From the NCBI RefSeq assembly GCF_016901225.1, contig NZ_JAFEUL010000001.1:174773-238772 (forward strand): DNA of 64,000 bases, written 5' to 3'. This document shows positions 62,007 through 64,000 of this stretch, one piece after another; the first letter of the stretch is position 1, and every line of letters begins with the position of its first letter. This stretch comes from Actibacterium sp. 188UL27-1. Its GTDB lineage: Bacteria; Pseudomonadota; Alphaproteobacteria; Rhodobacterales; Rhodobacteraceae. A model generated the notes under the pieces. That model made no database searches. It worked only from the letters and a program-made list of their open reading frames with translations, and had not been told where the DNA came from. Position numbers and translations under genes: made by a program.

Positions 62007-64000
62007 GCAGGCACAAGCCCGACAATCGAGGGGTTGGTCTCCATTCCAATCTCTTCAAATGACAGGACCGGTGACGAAATTCCCCGCGCAGATAGAACAG
62101 TGCGCAGAAACCGTCTGCGGCGCCCTGATGTGATCACTGCAGGGTTGACGCCGCTATCCGCCGCTGTCGCAAGCCATTCCGCGACGCCATCTGCCAGTTT
62201 GTTGAACTCTTCAGGAGGCAAGGCGATGTCAGGATGTTGGGTATTCGCGTCCAACTGGTATTTGGTGAAGGTATTTTCCCATTCCGGCGCAAGCTGCAGC
62301 ATAGGGACGGTTCCATCAGGGCGGCGCATTTCGGCCACCAGTTGAAAGCCCAGTCGTTGGCGTACATGCTCGCAGATGGCCTCGGGTTGGGTGAAGGCAG
62401 AGCGCGCTTCGGCGACCGCCTCCAGGACAAGCGCGAGGTTTCGGATAGAGACTTGCTCTTCCAGCAGCAGCCGCAATACGCTGAGCAGCAGATCGACCGG
62501 CACCTTGTCTGGCACCAGTTCATCGATCATTTTTCGGTTGGCGTCGGCACGCATTTGATCGCTCAGATTGGTCATTTCTTCTAGCAAGCGCCGTAGGGCT
62601 TTCAACGTCATCAGCCTGCTGAAGTTTTTCTTGATCACCTCCAACAGATGCGTCGCCAGCACCTCTGTTGGTGTGACGATGGTTGTACCGGTGAGTGCAG
62701 CTTCCTCGCGCAAATCCTCGGTGATCCAGCGGGCAGGGGCTCCGTAGACGGGCTCCGAGACATCCTCGCCGGGAGGCAAAAGCGCAGGTTCGTTTGATAC
62801 AAGAGCCAAGAGTTGATCCGGTGCCAACATGTCGCGTGCCTGCTCAACGCCATGGATGCGGATCGTGTAAGTGCGTGGCAATAACGATGCATTATCGGTC
62901 AGTCGGATTTCAGGGAGGATAACCCCATAGGTTGTAGCAACATGGCTGCGCATATTGCTGATCCGAGCATCCAGTCCGGTGGCCGGATCAAGGACCATAC
63001 CTACCAGATCTGGAGCGAATTCGACGTGGATGTCGTCAAGATCCAGCAGATCGCCCATGGATTTCTCCACCGGACCTTCGGCTTCGATATCGTCGTCTTT
63101 GGCGAGGTCATCTTGAACACGATCCCGTTGATAGGCGATGTAGGCGCAAATACCCAAGGTCGTAGCACCTGCCAGGAACGGCAGAAATGGCAGACCGGGC
63201 ACCAGGGCGAAGAGGGCCATCAAGACCGCAACCGTTGCCAACGCAGCCGGGTGTTTGCCAAGTTGACCGAATATGGCGAGATCAGTGGCGCCTTTGGCGC
63301 CTCCACGCGCCAAAAGCAGGGCCGAGGCAATGGAGATGATCACAGCTGGAATCTGCGAGACGAGCCCGTCGCCCACCGTCAGGATTGCATAGGTCTCAAA
63401 AGCCTTCCCCAAGGGCATGCCGTGCAGCGTCAACCCGATAATAAGGCCCATAACCAAATTCAGGATCGTGATGAGGAGCCCCGCGACTGCATCCCCCTTT
63501 ACGAATTTCGATGCACCATCGAGGGAGCCAAAGAAGGTGGTTTCCGCCTGTTCTCGTTCCCGGCGCTCTTTTGCCTCCGAATGGCCGATAGCCCCGGCCG
63601 CCATGTCACTGTCGATCGCGAGTTGTTTGCCTGGCATGCCATCAAGGGCGAAGCGGGCGCTTACCTCTGCCATGCGGGTAGCGCCCTTTGTGATCACCAT
63701 GAAATTCACGATCAGCAGGACACCAAAGACAACCAAACCCATAAAAACGCTGCCGCCCATGACGAACATCGCGAAGCCCTGAATGACATCACCTGCGGCA
63801 TGGGTGCCATTGTGACCTTCACCGATGATCAGCTTGGTGGATGATACATTCAGTGAGAGGCGCAGCATCAAAGACGCCAACAGAATTGTCGGGAAGGACG
63901 AAAAATCCAGCGGTCTTTCAATGAACAATGTGATTGTGAAGATAAGGATGGCCAAGGCAAAGGATGCCGCCAAGCCAATGTCTAAAATCCACGCTGGCAT
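62003..64000 (-). CDS. flhA: Flagellar biosynthesis protein FlhA (N-terminus at or beyond window edge)
   Basis: FHIPAx-like region ...FFGSLDGASKFVKGDAVAGLLI... The ORF reaches the last base of the window. Confidence 0.93.
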   Translation of the reverse strand: MPAWILDIGLAASFALAILIFTITLFIERPLDFSSFPTILLASLMLRLSLNVSSTKLIIGEGHNGTHAAGDVIQGFAMFVMGGSVFMGLVVFGVLLIVNFMVITKGATRMAEVSARFALDGMPGKQLAIDSDMAAGAIGHSEAKERREREQAETTFFGSLDGASKFVKGDAVAGLLITILNLVMGLIIGLTLHGMPLGKAFETYAILTVGDGLVSQIPAVIISIASALLLARGGAKGATDLAIFGQLGKHPAALATVAVLMALFALVPGLPFLPFLAGATTLGICAYIAYQRDRVQDDLAKDDDIEAEGPVEKSMGDLLDLDDIHVEFAPDLVGMVLDPATGLDARISNMRSHVATTYGVILPEIRLTDNASLLPRTYTIRIHGVEQARDMLAPDQLLALVSNEPALLPPGEDVSEPVYGAPARWITEDLREEAALTGTTIVTPTEVLATHLLEVIKKNFSRLMTLKALRRLLEEMTNLSDQMRADANRKMIDELVPDKVPVDLLLSVLRLLLEEQVSIRNLALVLEAVAEARSAFTQPEAICEHVRQRLGFQLVAEMRRPDGTVPMLQLAPEWENTFTKYQLDANTQHPDIALPPEEFNKLADGVAEWLATAADSGVNPAVITSGRRRRFLRTVLSARGISSPVLSFEEIGMETNPSIVGLVPA

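Overview
This is a high-GC chromosomal segment that looks alphaproteobacterial, probably Rhodobacteraceae/Roseobacter-like. That lineage call is inference from composition and gene content. Most of the window is core metabolism and housekeeping. It holds a partial IorB-like molybdopterin oxidoreductase with an adrenodoxin-type ferredoxin, then purD, xseA, cobB, lepA, trpB, pth and rplY. It also carries a pobA-pcaCHG aromatic-degradation block and a complete pqqABCDE operon. The pqqA gene is absent from the ORF track and was found by hand translation. The 3' third is a flagellar cluster, with fliI divergent from flgB-flgC-fliE-fliQ-flgF-flgG-flgA-flgH-fliL, and convergent with a FliJ-like gene, flhB, fliR and flhA; flhA runs off the window end.

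Several short accessory or atypical patches sit between these blocks:
- A roughly 1.7 kb low-GC islet immediately after lepA, encoding an HNH-nuclease fusion protein of unknown function. It is followed by a frameshifted ORF and an entericidin-family microprotein that the ORF track misses.
- An orphan nosR-like/apbE pair with no nosZ in the window.
- A VPLPA-CTERM-sorted repeat protein with an upstream partner gene.
- A PepSY-domain protein with a poly-Asp tail next to a membrane-anchored LuxR-type regulator, preceded by AT-rich repeats.
- A degenerate tRNA-like element plus a tRNA 3'-end fragment ahead of about 380 bp of non-coding DNA.
- A secreted two-gene module with a FlgO/CsgG-like tethering domain.
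- Three probable pseudogenes: a frameshifted VOC gene, a LysR remnant and a split ORF.

No CRISPR array, integrase or transposase was seen.
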